Origin: the human T2T-CHM13v2.0 reference genome, Homo sapiens
DNA: 64,000 nt
Strand: one strand, 5' to 3'
Assembly (NCBI RefSeq): GCF_009914755.1
Contig: NC_060935.1
The notes beneath the pieces were generated by a model that was not told the DNA's origin, did not search any database, and worked only from the letters and a program-made list of their open reading frames with translations. The translations under genes and the position numbers were made by a program. Of this stretch, positions 42,065-57,462 are shown piece by piece (the stretch's first letter is position 1; each line of letters starts with the position of its first letter).

Positions 42065-42409
42065 GCAGGTGATCTCAGATGTTCCTCCAGATTTCTGGTT
42101 CCTCAGTGTTATGAGCTGGGCAGTGATGTCAGTCCAGCCAAGGCTGGTGAGATGTATTTGCAGACAAGTGGGCCGCAATCACAGGATTGTGATTCTGTGC
42201 TGGGGTTCGAGGTGTCTCCGCTGGGAGACTCTGGGGAGATCCTGAATGGAATTGAATTTCTCTTAGTATCAGGTCTGGGTTGGGGCAGGTAAATCTTCCT
42301 TTCTTTGTGGGCTCATGGTGCTGAGAAGATGGATGAGCTGGGGCCGGTAAAATAGCTTTGTTCCTTGGAGAAAGTCATGTAGAGAGATAAGGTAGGCTTA
42401 TTATTTTTC

Positions 42410-42615
42410 GAGTGGAACTGGGACTGTTTAGCCTAGAAAAGGGGGGACTTGGGGAGAGGCGTGATTTGCGGTCTTCAAGAGGCTGAAAGGCTGTCATGTG
42501 GAAGAGGGATTGGAGTGATTTGAGATGCTCTGGGGGGCTGAACTCAGGTCTGTGGGTAGAGAGTCAGGGAAAGACATTTTGGTGCATTATGAGGAAGAAT
42601 TGTAATGTAGAGCTG
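42410..42615 (+). mobile_element. L3/CR1 LINE fragment (RT C-terminal region)
   Basis: ggaactgggactgtttagcctagaaaa; gtcttcaa..ggctgtcatgtggaagaggga; appears to resume at ~43005-43060. Confidence 0.75.
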
Positions 42616-42769
42616 TGCTTCATATTCCCCGTGCATACCTCTGCCTCAGCACCTGCTTTTATGACAGTCTTCTCTACAATGAGACGACATCTTTCTCATC
42701 TCTGTATTCTCAGCACCTAATCCAGTTCCTGGCACAGTCCTCAATAAATGTTTATTGTCATTCCTGTGA

Positions 42770-43000
42770 TTATTAATTACTGTCATGAATGCCCACTATG
42801 CAGATCACTTTTCTTGCTTTATCTTGTTTAACTCTCCTAATGCTTTAGAAGTAAGTATATTTATTACCCCACTCTACAGTTAAGGAAACCAGAGCTTTGG
42901 GAGGTTAAGGAATGGGCAAAATCACAGCCAGTAGGTAGCAGAGGCTGGATGTGAAATTAGGTCTGTCTGACTCAAAAACCTGTGTTCCTAACCATCCTGC
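42770..43000 (-). mobile_element. MIR SINE
   Basis: attaccccact..acagttaaggaaac...ggtctgtctgactcaaaa. Confidence 0.65.
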
Positions 43001-44097
43001 CCACCAGGATCCTGGAGGTATTCAAGCTGAAGATAGACAACCACTTGGGGGACCTAGTTGTGCCATGGCAATAAGTATGGATTGAGTTAGGACAGTCCCA
43101 GATGATGATGGAGCCAGGAGCTGAGTAGATTTTTAGAGTCTGAGGTCACCCAGTTACTGCTCTATCAGCCACCTACCCCACATTCCTCCAGTGAGGTGTT
43201 GGCCCGGTCCAGAGGCAGAGCCTTACTACCTTTGGCTACATAGGCTCTGGGATGGCAGTGCTCTCTCAGCAGTTATGGTCTTTTCCAGGTAATAAGTATT
43301 GCGGCCTCCTCTGCCACTTGCCTGCATTAAGCCTTTTGGTCATATGTCTGGGGAGCAGACTTCTTTGTATGCCCCCGGGGACAGGACAGGATGGAGGGAG
43401 GAGCCCTGGGTGTGTGTGTGTGGGGTGCGTGGGTGGGGAGATGCATGACTGCTTTGGTTATGAAACATTGTGTTAGTGTGTCCGTTCACTTCACATAGAC
43501 ACAGTGATTGCATTACTACGCGGCCGAGCATACGTGGCAGAGGGTGGAAGCAGCTGAGGAAGGAGCAGGTGCTCCAAGGAAATCTTTCATCAAAGTGATG
43601 GCATGGCTAAAGGCACAGAAAGAAATGCATTACTGAGATGGCGTTGCCCGTTCATGGGCGGCTGCAAGGAAGGCTGAAATGGTGGCTTGGGAGAATGAAT
43701 GGGAGAGGGGCTGGAATTGGCTGGAAAGACAGGAAAAGGAAAGAGGGGGAGAAACAAGTTCGTGGGAATGGTGATTCCTTTCAAATGGGGTGCACAGCCT
43801 GACAAGCTGTGCGTTCTTCTTAAACACAGCCCAAATCAAGTCTTAACTTGAAAGAAAATTAAGTCAGATTCAGTCATGACCCTCCTGTTAGCCTGGTTGG
43901 GCATAGAGGCTTTCCAGAAAACTCTCTCTCTGGAGGGGTTAGGTGGTGGTTGTAGCAGTGGTAAGCACAAAAAAGGGAGCCAGCATTTGAGAATCAAGTG
44001 CTTAAAATACATCATCCCATTTGTTTCTGATAATGAACACACAGAGTGGGTGATAGGATTTTCCTTTTACAGATGAGAAGACTGAGGCTCACAGGGC

Positions 44098-44417
<320 letters not shown>

Positions 44418-45074
44418 TAAATTATAAGTGAAAGCCAGAGAGTCTTACTTAAACATGACTTAAAAATTGTTTATTTTACCACATCATGTGATCTTCCAGT
44501 TTTCCATCAGAGCAGGCAGGTTGGAGGTTGGGGGCTTAGGAGTTTGCTTTCACAGCCTCACTAAATAAATTTTGGGGAATGGCCACAGATTCTAGTGGGC
44601 CTGTTAGCCTGACGAGGCTGAGGTTGCAGACAGGACCCACAGAATGGGAGAAGCTGAGTTACTTGCAAGTTGGAAAGGTGATGTCATCATGAAACAAAAT
44701 GGATTTGGTTGGTGGGCTTGCCCACGCAGTTAGATGGCAGGTGGTGAAGAAACATGGCCTCTTCTCTCTTATAACTCTGAGGGGCAGGAGGAGAGAGCTG
44801 GGAATCACTAGATTCACTGCAGAGAAGTTTGGGGCTGTATCTAGGTCATGGGTAAACTGATAATTGGAAAAGAAATTCAAGGTTGGACATTCATTTTGAT
44901 TTTTGGTTTTCAAAGTTTATACTTATCTACTTTCAAAAATAATTTTAAGAGACATACTATTTTCTCAGGAAAAGAAATATATGCCCTCTAAATAGTTTTC
45001 TTCCTTGAATATTGCCAGCAAATCAGCCATCTCATTGAATATTGATGGTTGTAGAGCAAATCACGAATGCTGAC

Positions 45075-45325
45075 CTAGAGCTGCCATTTATTGAGTTCCT
45101 ACTAGGGATTTGACTCTGTTTTAGGTACATTGCACATATTAGCTTTATAAACATTCCCCACAACCCAGCAAGATAGGCATTTTTATCCCCATTTTTCAGA
45201 TGAGGAAACTGAGGTTCACAGAGGTTAACTGACTTGCTCAAAGTCCCACTGTATATAAGTAGCAAAACTAAGATTTGAACTCAGATCTGTCTGACTTCAA
45301 AATCAGGTGCTCTTTCTACTCTGTG
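45075..45325 (-). mobile_element. MIR SINE, near full length
   Basis: ccccatttttcagatgaggaaactgaggttcacagaggttaactgacttgctcaaagtc. Confidence 0.85.
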
Positions 45326-45371
45326 ACATGAGGCTATGAACATGTGAATCTCAGAGGTAAAAAGCAGAGTT

Positions 45372-46228
<857 letters not shown>

Positions 46229-46363
46229 CTCACCCTTACCTCTTCAACACAAAGAGTCTTCCCAGAGCATCCCTGCTAAGGGCTGTGACTTGAATCACCC
46301 TCCTCTACTAATGAAAGACTCGTTAATGACTCCACGAGGTGTCAGGTCCACTGTTTGATCCTG

Positions 46364-46979
46364 CATTGGTTCACCCAAGGAATATTTAATACGTGTCCAC
46401 TGTGTGTCAGGTACTATTCTAGAACCTGGCAGGCCAGACAAGGGCCTGGTTCTCATGGATCTTGACTTCTAGTTGGAGAAGCAAGCCCTTGAAAACAAAG
46501 TAAATAACAAAGAGTTTCAGGTGCTGATAAATGCATTGGAGATAATGAGACAGCGGTCTAGAGGGTGTCTGGCCATAGGGATCCCTTTAGATGGAATAAT
46601 CAGGGAAGATTTTGCTAAAGAGATAGCAACTGAGTTGAGATCTGAATGACAAGGATATGCCTTCCAAAGATCTGGGAGAAAGGGGATTTAAGGCAGAGGA
46701 AACAGGAGATGCCAAAGCTTTGAGGCCAGACTGAGTTTGGCACATTAAGTAAGCCCAATAGCCTGGAGAGAACAATCAACTAGGGGGAGAATGGGAGGAG
46801 ATGAGCCCAGAGAGGAAGGCGGAAGCCAGATGGTGTAGGGCCCACCTGCCATAGCGAGGGCTTTGGATTTTATCCTAAGTGTGGTGGGATGCCATCGGAT
46901 GGGTTTGAATGGGAAAATGACATAATCTGATTCACATTTTAAAAAAAGATCCTATGTGGAGACTGGATTGCAGGAGGCA
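46364..46979 (-). mobile_element. LINE-2 fragment
   Basis: tgagttgagatctgaatga; ctttggattttatcctaagtgtggtggga; gacataatctgattcacattttaaaa. Confidence 0.8.
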
Positions 46980-47048
46980 CTTCTAATTGTTGGAAGGACT
47001 GTTCTCTCTTCTACTGATCAAAGTTGGTTCTTCAAGTAATGACCCTTA

Positions 47049-47593
47049 TGAAACTGTCCTCACAACATTAATGAGAATTACAAACCAGACTTTAGGCGGA
47101 TTTGTAGTTAGGCATTGGCCAGGGTGCACTGGTGCACTTTGACCCACTTCCTAGCAGCTGCTGACTGACCAAGAGTCACACAGCATGCTGACCACCTGCT
47201 TTCCCATTGTTCCTAAAGATAGAATCTCTGACACTGGACCTTTTTACTCAAGAATTACTTAAGTTATTTTTCGGATCCTGAAATCCAGTGGAATGGCTCA
47301 TACCCACCAGTCTTAAGACCCCCAATCAAGGAACTGACCCAGCACAGGCATGCGGTTTCTTCATCTCCCTGTCCCATGACTTCATTCCTCACTTCTTGAC
47401 CAATTAGTGATCCCCTATTCCCTTAGAAAATCAAACTCCTTAAAAATCCCATCCTAAGTTTCTCGGGGAGGCAGATTTAAGGTTTCCTCTCATTTGGCTG
47501 CCGTGTGATTATTAAACTCTCTCTCTGCTGCAACTTCCACTGTTTTGCTGTTTGCCCACACAGTGGGCAATCGAATCTGGTGGTCTTATAACA
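47049..47593 (+). mobile_element. ERV1-class solo LTR
   Basis: TG...CA ends (tgaaactgtcc...ataaca), attaaa poly-A signal near the 3' end, 4-bp TSD-like ctta / cttg. Confidence 0.8.
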
Positions 47594-47909
47594 CTTGACC
47601 AAAAACCAAACAACAAAAACAAGGCTACTTTCTTCCTTCTTAAAATTTTTCCAATCAGCTATTATAGTTCCCTTTAGTTCTTTCTAAACTTCCCTTGTTC
47701 TTTGAATTGATCCTTGGATTCTAGACCCAAGGTGGATTCTAGACCCATTATCTTGATCATTCTTTATCAGCAAATCTCTTGCTTGTCCATGTCCTTATTA
47801 ACATGTGGCATCCAGTACCAAACACTCTTTCACCAGCCCAGGATTCTGAGGGGCTGTGAATTCCAAGGACATCCATTAATGAAAAGTATTAGACTAAGTC
47901 TTTGTTGAG

Positions 47910-48075
47910 TAGTAATTCTTAATGTGAGGCTCTAGGTCCATGAAAGGGCCCACATACACCACACACCATTGTCTATGGGGTGCCTGTGCATGTGTGTTGT
48001 GTATGCATTTCTAGGAGGAGAGTCCATAGCTCTCATTAAAGTCTCAAGCAGAGCCTCCTCCTTGAGAACCACTGC
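47910..48075. mobile_element. hAT-Charlie MITE (MER103-like)
   Basis: ggagagtccatagctctcatt...ttgagaaccactg terminus. Confidence 0.55.
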
Positions 48076-49990
48076 CCTAGGAAGTTAAATCAAAGGATTT
48101 CTCTACTAAGCAGATGTTACAATTAGTTCCTTCCTGGTCCCACATTCATTCCCTTGCTGCCTTCTTCAATGCTTTTATAGGTCTCTTGATCTCTTCTTCC
48201 TGCCTCATACCCCACTTTAAATTCCTTCTTTAGCTTCTAATAAATCATCCAAACCCAGAGAAGATAACTTCTGCTTTCTTCTTGGAGCAGCAACTAGTGA
48301 GGAAGGCCGTACCCCACTTGCTGGATGAGAACATACTGACAAATAGGCCTAAGACCAGAGGCTTTTTGTTTTTTCTTCTCTTCTCTGGACTCATAGGTCT
48401 TTGGAACTGACCTGTGTGCCTGACTTGCAGACTTCTTAAGAGCAGGGCACAGAGAGACTGGAAAGGGCTTGAGTGTAAAAGAATGCAAAGGGCAAAGTCA
48501 TCTTAAAAGAATTATTATTCATTTCCCATTGCAGTTAATTTTGGCACCTTCATCAGGGTTTAAATTCTAGTACCATATCATATCAAAGGAAAAAAGTATT
48601 TGATGTACGTGTTAATTACTGCTAAGATGTAGCTACTTAAATCAAGAGTTTAATCTTCATTTGACTATTCAGAACAGCTCTGAGTGGGGGATGGGGAGAA
48701 CCCCTTTTGATTTGGGTTACTTTAATAGGTGATGAGAACTTCAAGCAAAATGGCTTTCTAATTTCAGTATTTGGATGTCTTGCAATTAGTACCCAGCTAA
48801 AGGAAAAATAGGAAAATCAGGTTCCTCCAGGAATTCCCAAGTTTTTGCTTGTTCTGTGAAGTGGAAGAATGTTCTGAATAATTTAATTTCATGTGCTCAA
48901 AGGCTTGAGAATCTGCAGAGTGATAGCCTAATGGTAAGTGATATCTTAAAAGCGTGTGAGAGGCTTAAAAAGTAGATCCATGTATAAAATAATAAACTAT
49001 TATTTAAAAGCACAAATTGTCAAAATGATACTACTCTTAGATACACTCTTTATAAGAACCATCTTGGTTGAATCCTAATGTGCATTTTTTTTAATACCAC
49101 GAAACTATAAAACCCATTGAAACACCACATTATTTACCAAGTGATTAAATCATAGTCATCTATTATAGTTTTACTAGAACATTGTTTTCTTGGAATTCCA
49201 AGGCTTTATTGCCTCAGATATAACACTTTACTCCTAATAATCCCTATTGATTTTATTATATTACCTTATATTTTTAGATTTGTTTTAATGCCTTGCATTA
49301 CATTTTAGCCTTAATGTGCTATATAAAATGAGATACATCATCATGTTTCTCAAACCTTCTGAAGGTAATTATCTTAACTAACATGGATAAAAAAATGCTC
49401 ATTGTTGGCTGCTGACAGTGGTGGGAGTCTGGGGGTGGGGAAGGTACATTGTAGTCTCTGGGACTGTTGGTTGTATTTCTGGACAGTTGAGGTGCTGCCC
49501 ATGGGCTGGGTGAATGGTGGTGGGTGTGGTAATGGGGCATTGCCACAGATTAGGTATCTCATTTGTGTCATTATTTTGCTATCCTTGCCTCTCTTGGGAT
49601 TTGTGGCTCACACTGCATTTACAAGGTGTTTTGCATACAGTAATTGTTCACTTGCTAAATCAGCCAGTAGAGAACTTGGTATTCTTAGAGAAAGTTGTTG
49701 CACCTTTGGGTGCTGTTTTAATTACTTTTTCAAGGTGCCTTCTAAATGTTAAAAATGGTGACACATTTTATCTCAAGTTGAACTTTGCATCCCCATTCTC
49801 TGGATTTGGGGTCATTCTCTTGCCTTGGAGTCTGGAGGGAGGAGAGGAGTCGGTTCTGGCTTGTGAGCCATGGTGCTACTGGTCCCTCTGGAGGAAGGGT
49901 AGCTACTGATGAGCCTTCCCTGCAGCAATTGTGTCCCAAGATCTGACACACTCTTATCAGGGCCCCAGCAAATAACTCAGCACCTTCATT

Positions 49991-50170
49991 ACAAAAGTTA
50001 GCCAGGTATGGTGGCATGTGCCTGTAATCCCAGCTACTCAGGAGGCTGAGGCAGAAGAATCACTTGAACCCTGGAGGCGGAGGTTGCAGTGAGCTGAGAT
50101 CACGCCAGTGCACTCCAGCCTGGGCGACAAGAGCGAAACTCTGTCTCAAAAAACAAAAAAACAAATAAAA
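49991..50170 (+). mobile_element. 5'-truncated Alu (right monomer, Sq/Sp-like)
   Basis: Starts at the middle A-tract; cgacaagagcgaaact; A-rich tail. Confidence 0.9.
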
Positions 50171-50279
50171 ACTCCACAAAACTTCAGTGGAGACTAGATT
50201 CTTGACTACTAGGAACTCAAACTCTAAAAGGAGAAAATAATCACACCAGCTACACTTTTTACAGTGCTAACTATACTTT

Positions 50280-50500
50280 TTGTAGAGTTAACTACATGCA
50301 CAATTTTATTTGCTTTATCTATATTAATTCTTTTCATCCTTATGAAAAGCAGATACTATCATTAGCTACATTTCATAATGAGGAAATGGAAGTACCTAGA
50401 GGTTAAGTATTTTGCCCAAGGTCACACAGCTAGAGAGTGGTAGACCGAGAATTCAAACCCAGGCAATCTGATGCTCAGAACCTAGACTCTTAATTACACT
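50280..50500 (-). mobile_element. MIR SINE
   Basis: gaggttaagtattttgcccaaggtcacacagctag...ttcaaacccagg. Confidence 0.8.
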
Positions 50501-52899
50501 AATATGATATTTACAATTTACAAAGCGTTATCCACTAGTTATCTCACTGATTTTCCCAAGAGACTTTGGCTCCACTTTAGACATAAGAAAACAGAAATAG
50601 GTCATCATTTGTCTAAGGTGACAGAGCCCAAACCCACTAACAGGACAGTTTTCTTCACCTTCAACTCATCTCAATGGGTGGAAAAACCTACCCACATGCT
50701 ATGAGGATGGGAAACCAAAGTGTCTTTGCACATAAACAGACTGCCTCCCTGGAAACCAGGCCTGTCCTTGGTGGTGTATGAGCAGGCCCCTGGGATTGAC
50801 ACATGGATGAAGGGAGCCCTCTGAATTCTCCCACATCTCTGGGCACCCCTCTAATGTGCTCTTCTCAGCTTGTTGCTCCTTCACTGTAAGTCCAAGTTCT
50901 TTGAAGGAAGGAACTATGTTGGTATTCTGTGATGTACGCGGCTCTGTGTGCTGGTGAGATTTTGTAGCCACTGGAATGATCAGAAAAACGTCTGTGTGAA
51001 TCTTGCATGATGGAAGAGGAAACCAGGTAAGAGTGAGCAAGCAGGATGGTAAAAGGGATAACAGCTGATGGGCCAGCAAGGATGCGGGGAGGATACCTGT
51101 GGTCAGGACCAGGTTGTGTGCAGGGCAGCTCTGATTGCTTTCTTAGCAGAAAGCACAAGACCAGGCAAAGCAGGCGAGGAGAAAGCCATTGAATAAATAC
51201 TAAGCTAGAAAACAAAGATATACATAGAAATTCTAGGTTCTCAAGAAAATAAACAAACCAACTTACAGAAAACCCCTTTCCCTGTGTTGAGGCCCTCTGT
51301 TGAACCTGGCAATAAACGTTATGCCTCTCCCCAACCCCAGTCCAGAAGGGGCTGGCAGGTACCTCTTTTTATTCATTGAGAAAGTAACGGTGAGCAGTTT
51401 TGTGAATTCTGTGAATTACCCTTGAACTGGTCAGAAAGATCCAACAGCTCAGACAAGGAGAAGGGAAGAGCTAATCTCCTCTTCACCTGTGATGACTGTT
51501 TTTCCACCTGTGGCTTGGGAAGGACCATCCTTGCTGGTGATGGATGTTGATTTAGTGCTTTGAGATCCCTGGAAGACAGGTCAGGCAACTAACAAGGAAA
51601 ATGGCATTTTGGGTCAAGTCACTAGGAATGAAGAACTAGAATACAGGGAGCCAGGGGGTGGCGGTGTGGCGGGGAGGAGGCCAGAATGAAAGATAGGAGG
51701 ATCAGAGAATGGTGATAAGTTTGTACAGGTGGGATCATCAGTTATTCTCCCCAAACAGATCATTCTTGTCTTCTCCTCTGATTTCCACTAGGAAAAAACA
51801 AAACAAAACAAAACAAAACCTGAGGTATTTCTTAGAACACGAAGCATGAATCACTTACACCAGAGATGAGAAAAGCACCATCAGGTGCTTAAAACACAAT
51901 TATAATTGGAAAGACCAAGAATTTGTGGTTCATTTCTAGCAGGTGAACAAATGTATGTTTATAATGGTGTAAAAACCCTGGTTTCCCCTTCCCATTCCCG
52001 GTGCCTTCCCAGTGTGCTTGGAACACTCTACTGTGTTATTCACCTGACGGATTAAGCTCAGCAGAGGCAAGCTGCCTAGGCATGTCGTGTAATTCAGCAT
52101 TAAGTATCCTATTGATTCACTGAAGTGCTGCCATGGATGTTAATGGAGACAAATATTGTGGCTGTGATTTTTCAAAGGGCTGAGTAATTCCCGAGCATCA
52201 ATAACGTGTGTCATGATGTAATGCAGGGAGACCTCCAGATGCTTGACTTGAGGCCAACTACGGAGGGCAGAGCTGATGGAAGGGCCCGTTGGATACTGAC
52301 CCAGGGCTTGGGGAGATAGCCTGCACTTTCTCCAGACCTACCATCAGTAAGGATGGTGGAAATTGGGGTGGGGCAGGGACTGCTGATGGCATTTCCTAGT
52401 CACTCATCACAAGGTCACTGATTGTTGGATGGCATGGGCACGCTTCCCATTATGGAAGCTTGCTGGGCCTTAGGAGCTTATACCATACCCTGTTTCAGGG
52501 AACAGGGTGGGTTTTCTCCCCTCTCCAGTTGGAAACACTACATATCCCTGATGATAATGCAGCAAAACTACTATCTAATCTTAACAGCGTCTACCCTGTG
52601 CCCTACTTGATCTGAGCATGTGACCACTTCAGTGCACGATTCCAGTGACTGCTTTCAGAGAGGTTACATGCCTTCCTCAAGGTCACTCAGCTTCCTCAAG
52701 GTCATGGACTAGGCTACAATCCAGGTCTCAGGACTGCTTCCCCTGGTCTATTCTCAGTTACCTTTAGGTAGGGTCTCTGGAAATCATTTGAGTATATGGC
52801 CTGAAACAAGCGACATTTTCTTCCAAAAAGGCTCTGTAAAAATCTCAGGGTTGGTCGTTGTAAGGAATCAATTATTCCCAAACAAATCTCATTTCAGTC

Positions 52900-53517
52900 A
52901 AATTCTGCAGACTGCCCAATCTTTCCTACACTCCAATTCATTCTCCATACTGCTGCTTACATTATCTTGAAACAAGACAAATCCAATCTTGTCACTCCCT
53001 AGCATGAAGACCTCCATCAGCCCCTCTCTGCTGACAGGATAAACTCCTTGCATGATATTCACAATCTCTCCCCCAAGCCTGCAGTGTGATGTCCTGCCCC
53101 TCCTGTCCCCAGCACTTGGAACATAGCAGACCACTTTATGCTCTTTGCCCCCTGAATATTTTATACAAGTGATTCCTGGTGTCTAGAACATCTTTCCCCC
53201 ACCTGCTGCCCAGAAAACCTCAGCCCATTCTTCAAGAGCCAGTTCTACTATCCCATCCCAGGAAACCATCCCCACGTCTCCAGGGTAGAGTTATGAGTGG
53301 TCCTTTCTCTGAGACCCCACAGAACACTGCTTATCCCTTTATTACCCCTGTATAATGACAGCCTTCCTATTGAACTTACTGATTTATTTTCTTGTGTATC
53401 TTCCTGCATTGGAATTTGGATTTCTGCGGTTGGGGGCTGTGTCTTTGTCATTTTTGTCCTCTTGTTGGCATGCAGTAAGTGTACTACATAAGTTTATTCA
53501 CTGAATGGATGAATGGA
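52900..53517 (+). mobile_element. LINE-2 3' region
   Basis: ttcattctccatactgctgc...tgtcactccc...; ends actgaatggatgaatgg. Confidence 0.65.
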
Positions 53518-54168
53518 TTCTGGAATCAGAACCCTGCTGGGGTAGGGACTATCAGTAGGGTATAGGGCAAATAAATTGGCCCTGTGAGATACATGTTTCT
53601 ATAGTCCTGGGTCTAGGAGGGACCCTTGGGGGCTTGAGAACTGGAGGCAGAAAAACTGTCCTTCAACTCAGCAGCATGCTGGGGTCTTGGAGAGAGTCTC
53701 TGGGGCTGGGTGTGCCCTTTAACTACCATGTCCCTTGAAAATGGTAGCCCTGAGAACATATGCAAACATGTATTCCCTTGGGAAACAGAGTCTGACATTC
53801 TAATGAAGAACCAGCACACTTGACTTTGATCAACACCAGCCTTATAAGCAGCATGGATATTGAAACATTCAGTAACCAGCATGGCATGTGCATGGGTCAG
53901 TCAGAATGCACACAGGCCACAGGGCTGAAGCAGAGGTCTGGAGGGCTCCATTGTGCCAACCATTAACTCTTTAGTAGCTGGACAGTAGGGGGTATCTTGG
54001 AGGAGGGTCTGAGAATAGCAGGAGAAACATGAGTAAGGGGGCTTGCAGCGGTGACTACTGACCAGCCAGTATAAAAATATTTCATTATTTTAACAACCGG
54101 CCCTGGTACTGCTCCACCGGTGCCTATCAGCCCGTTGATAAGTCTTGTTAAAGAATAACCACAGTTTT

Positions 54169-54482
54169 GGCTGGGCGCGGTGGCTCACGCCTGTAATCCC
54201 AGCACTTTGGAAGGCCAAGGCGGGCAGATCGCCTGAGGTCAGGAATTTGAGACCAGCCTTGGCCAACATGGCGAAACCCCATGTTTCACCCCATGTTTCT
54301 ACTAAAAATACAAAAATTAGCCAGGCGTGGTGGCGCATGCCTGTAATCCCAGCTACTCAGGAGGCTGAGGCAGGAGAATCGCTTGAACCCAGTGGGGCGG
54401 AGGTTGCAGTTTGCACCATTGCACTCCAGCCTGGGCCACAAGAGTGAAACACTGTCTCAAGAAAAAAAAAAAACAAACAAAA
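54169..54482 (+). mobile_element. AluS (Sq/Sp-like)
   Basis: Full Alu; perfect 19-bp TSD aaagaataaccacagtttt (54150-54168 / 54483-54501); small internal duplication ccccatgtttc. Confidence 0.96.
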
Positions 54483-56999
54483 AAAGAATAACCACAGTTT
54501 TGAAGCCTCAAAGGAAGGTGTGTGTGCATGCATGTGTGTGTATGTGTGTGTGAAGGAATGAGGCAGAGCTCTATAAAGGCAGTACTAGAGTGGAATCTTT
54601 CATTTTTAGTTGTATTTCAATATAAGCATAAGGAGGTGGAGGTGAGAGAATTTCAGACTGAGGAACTGAAAGAGCCAGGGCACAGAGTGTGAAAGGGACC
54701 TATTTGGGAGAGGTGGCTGTAGGATGCTGAGGATTCCTGGGGGAGATGAGGAAGGAGACAGAGGCTGGAGCAGGTGGCCAAGGGCCTTGAAAACCATGTT
54801 GAAGCATGGTGACCTGGTCTGTGTTCCTATAGGCCGCCCTTTAGGCAAACCTTATTGCTTAGGCTGGCTTTTGGGTGGTCCTTGCTGGGACAACCAGTGG
54901 CGTCATCTTCACCAAGTCTAGGGTGGTCACCTGGTGATGGGAACAAGCTTCTCCTTAATTAAGAATGTCATAGCAGCCTCCCTGGCTCCATGGTGACTGA
55001 CGCTGCCAGTCCAGCTGCCATGTGGCCGATGTGTCCTACCGTGGTACATCATCTCCTAATTAACATGTCTTGTCAGGTCCAGCGGTTGGCTTCAGTAAAT
55101 ATGCCTCAAGCAGCTGTCACTGGGACCCTGCGTGGGGCCTGCTGCCTCATTAGCTCCAGAGAAGGGAGATGGCATTGGCGGCAGGAGGGAGGGAGAAGAA
55201 TGTTCTTTATGGGGGGTGTTGGCAGGATTAGAGGGATGTCAGATGCTCAGAGAGAACTCACAGGCCCCAGTGGAGGGCTTGGATCTGAGCACCATGAGCC
55301 TCTCTCTCTCCCATGTGTAGTGAGAGGATAGGTGGGTAGCAGTGTGGGCAGGAAAACAGCCCAGGAGTTGGGAGACCCACATCTTCATTCTGTCTCTCCC
55401 ACCACCGAGCAAGGCTCGGTCTCCTGGTTTGAGAAACAGGAATGATCCCAGCTCTACCTATCCTGAAGTTTGTTGAGTGGTTCTAATGAGCAAATGACCT
55501 ATACTATTCTGAAGGACAAGAAATGCTAAATTTTACAGAAATCAAGCCAGGGCATGGTTGTAATTTGGGGCTATCAGAGAGAAGTCTTTGCTCAGACAAG
55601 ACTGGTCCCTCTGAACACACTTCGCCCACCCCTCCAAGGCTTCTGGCCTGCATCCCACTGCACTGTCTGAGCACTCATCAAGACCTGCTCACCACCCACC
55701 AATCCTGTCAGACTCTTTCTCTCCAGCCTGGCCTCGCCTTCTCTGTGAGAAGGAAAATGAGAACATTCCGGAAGGAAGCACTCTTCTTTCTCTGGCTGCT
55801 GGAGTACCTTCCAGGCTGTGGAGGCAGGGAGCTGACTTCACAGTGACTGAGGAGACATACCTTAGCCCACCCCCACTGGATTTTGAGCACATGCCTAAAC
55901 TTTGTACCCATGAGAGCACATAGTAGGTGGTTAATGAATGTTTGCTGAGCAGGAAGAACAGTATATCCCGTTCTCCTAGCTCTCAAAACAATGGTGGGTG
56001 ATTTCATAGTTTCTTTCAGCAACTTGTTCTATTGCCAACCTTTCTATAAGCCTTCTTCTGAGATCCAGCCCAGTCTCCTTGGGCAGTGTGTATCTGTTTC
56101 CTCTTTGTCCCCAGCAGAGAATAGAAACTGACTGTCATTCTCTCTGCCTCTCCTGAAAGACTAATACTAAGCACTCTTATCTCACCCCTTCCCATCTTTC
56201 CTATTCATCAGATTTCCTGGAGCCCAGCCTGCTACCTGGAGCCAGGGCCTCGCCTCTACTGCCCCCTCCGCTCGCTCTGCCTGTGCAGGGTCCATCCTGA
56301 GGAGAGTCTGAGCAACTGAGGATGTTGTGAAAGCATCTGACAGCACAGGGAGGCAGGGCTTCCCCAGCCCAGCAGAGGCACCAAACCCACGCAATTTGTA
56401 AATCTTTGATAATGAGCATTTAAAGGGCACGTCCTAATGAAGGGAGCCAGGAATGACTGGCCATGGAATGCAGGCAGAAGATTTTAATTAAAATGCTTGT
56501 CTTTTTAGTTTTCCTCTTCCCTTGTCTCTTCCAAACACCACCTCCCCCCAACCCCTGCCAATGATGCACATGTCTTGCTTCTGGACCAGGCCTGTGCAAA
56601 AAATGTGCGTCTCATATTTCCCTTGATTTAGTTGCTCTCTGGGGGACTGGGTGCTCTTCTTCAGCTGGGCGCGCTGTGTGGGTTTGACAGGGACTGTGCA
56701 CATGTGGGTAGAGGCGGACCAGGACTGTGCTGCCTGCAGCCAAGCAGATGTCCTCACCCCAGGAAGCACAGTGGGGCTCTAAGAGAGCTCATGAATGAGT
56801 GGCAGCTGCCAGCCTTGTGAGCTTCCTGTAGTGAAGCTCTGGGGGGAGCTCTGGGGGGCCAGCTGGGAGACTTCTGGGCCAAAGGGGTGTTTTCTGGGGC
56901 CTCTCACGATACTTTTCTCTCCAAATGGCTAAATGGAGTGTGGCGGCAGAGCAGCTGTGAGGGACTTTGCACTGCTCTCTCTAGGGGTGGAGGGACCGT

Positions 57000-57462
57000 T
57001 GGCTGGATGCCTTCCACGTGCTCCTCCAGATCCATGTCCACCCTGCCCTGTGCCCTGGGAATCTGAGCTGTGTGGATTCCAGCAGCAGACTTCCTTGCTA
57101 TAGGCTTCAGATTGGGTCTGCCCAATGAGGAGGCCTTGGCAGGACATGGGCGGAAATAGGAAAATGAGGTTGGACTATATTTTCTGGCGCTTTCTTTGTG
57201 AGATCATCTCAGGGCTGGTTGTGTCTTTTGATTGAAGTCCACAGTGCCTGGTAAAGGTGGCTTCTCTAAAAGATGCTCTCCTTCCTGGTTCTATGAGCCA
57301 CTCTGTCCCTTCACTGCTGCCACTCTTTCTAACCCCAAGATACTATACTCTTCCTTGTATTACTCCTGGAGCAAAACCTTGTAAACAGTCCCTTTATTAA
57401 ACACTCCAGATTCCCCAATTTCTGTGTATTGTCTGTTTTCTGCCAGGATCCTGATAGATTCA
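57000..57462 (+). mobile_element. LTR33-like ERVL solo LTR
   Basis: ccaccctgccctgtgccctggga; ttgtaaacagtccctttattaaac; tctgttttctgccaggatcctga. Confidence 0.7.
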
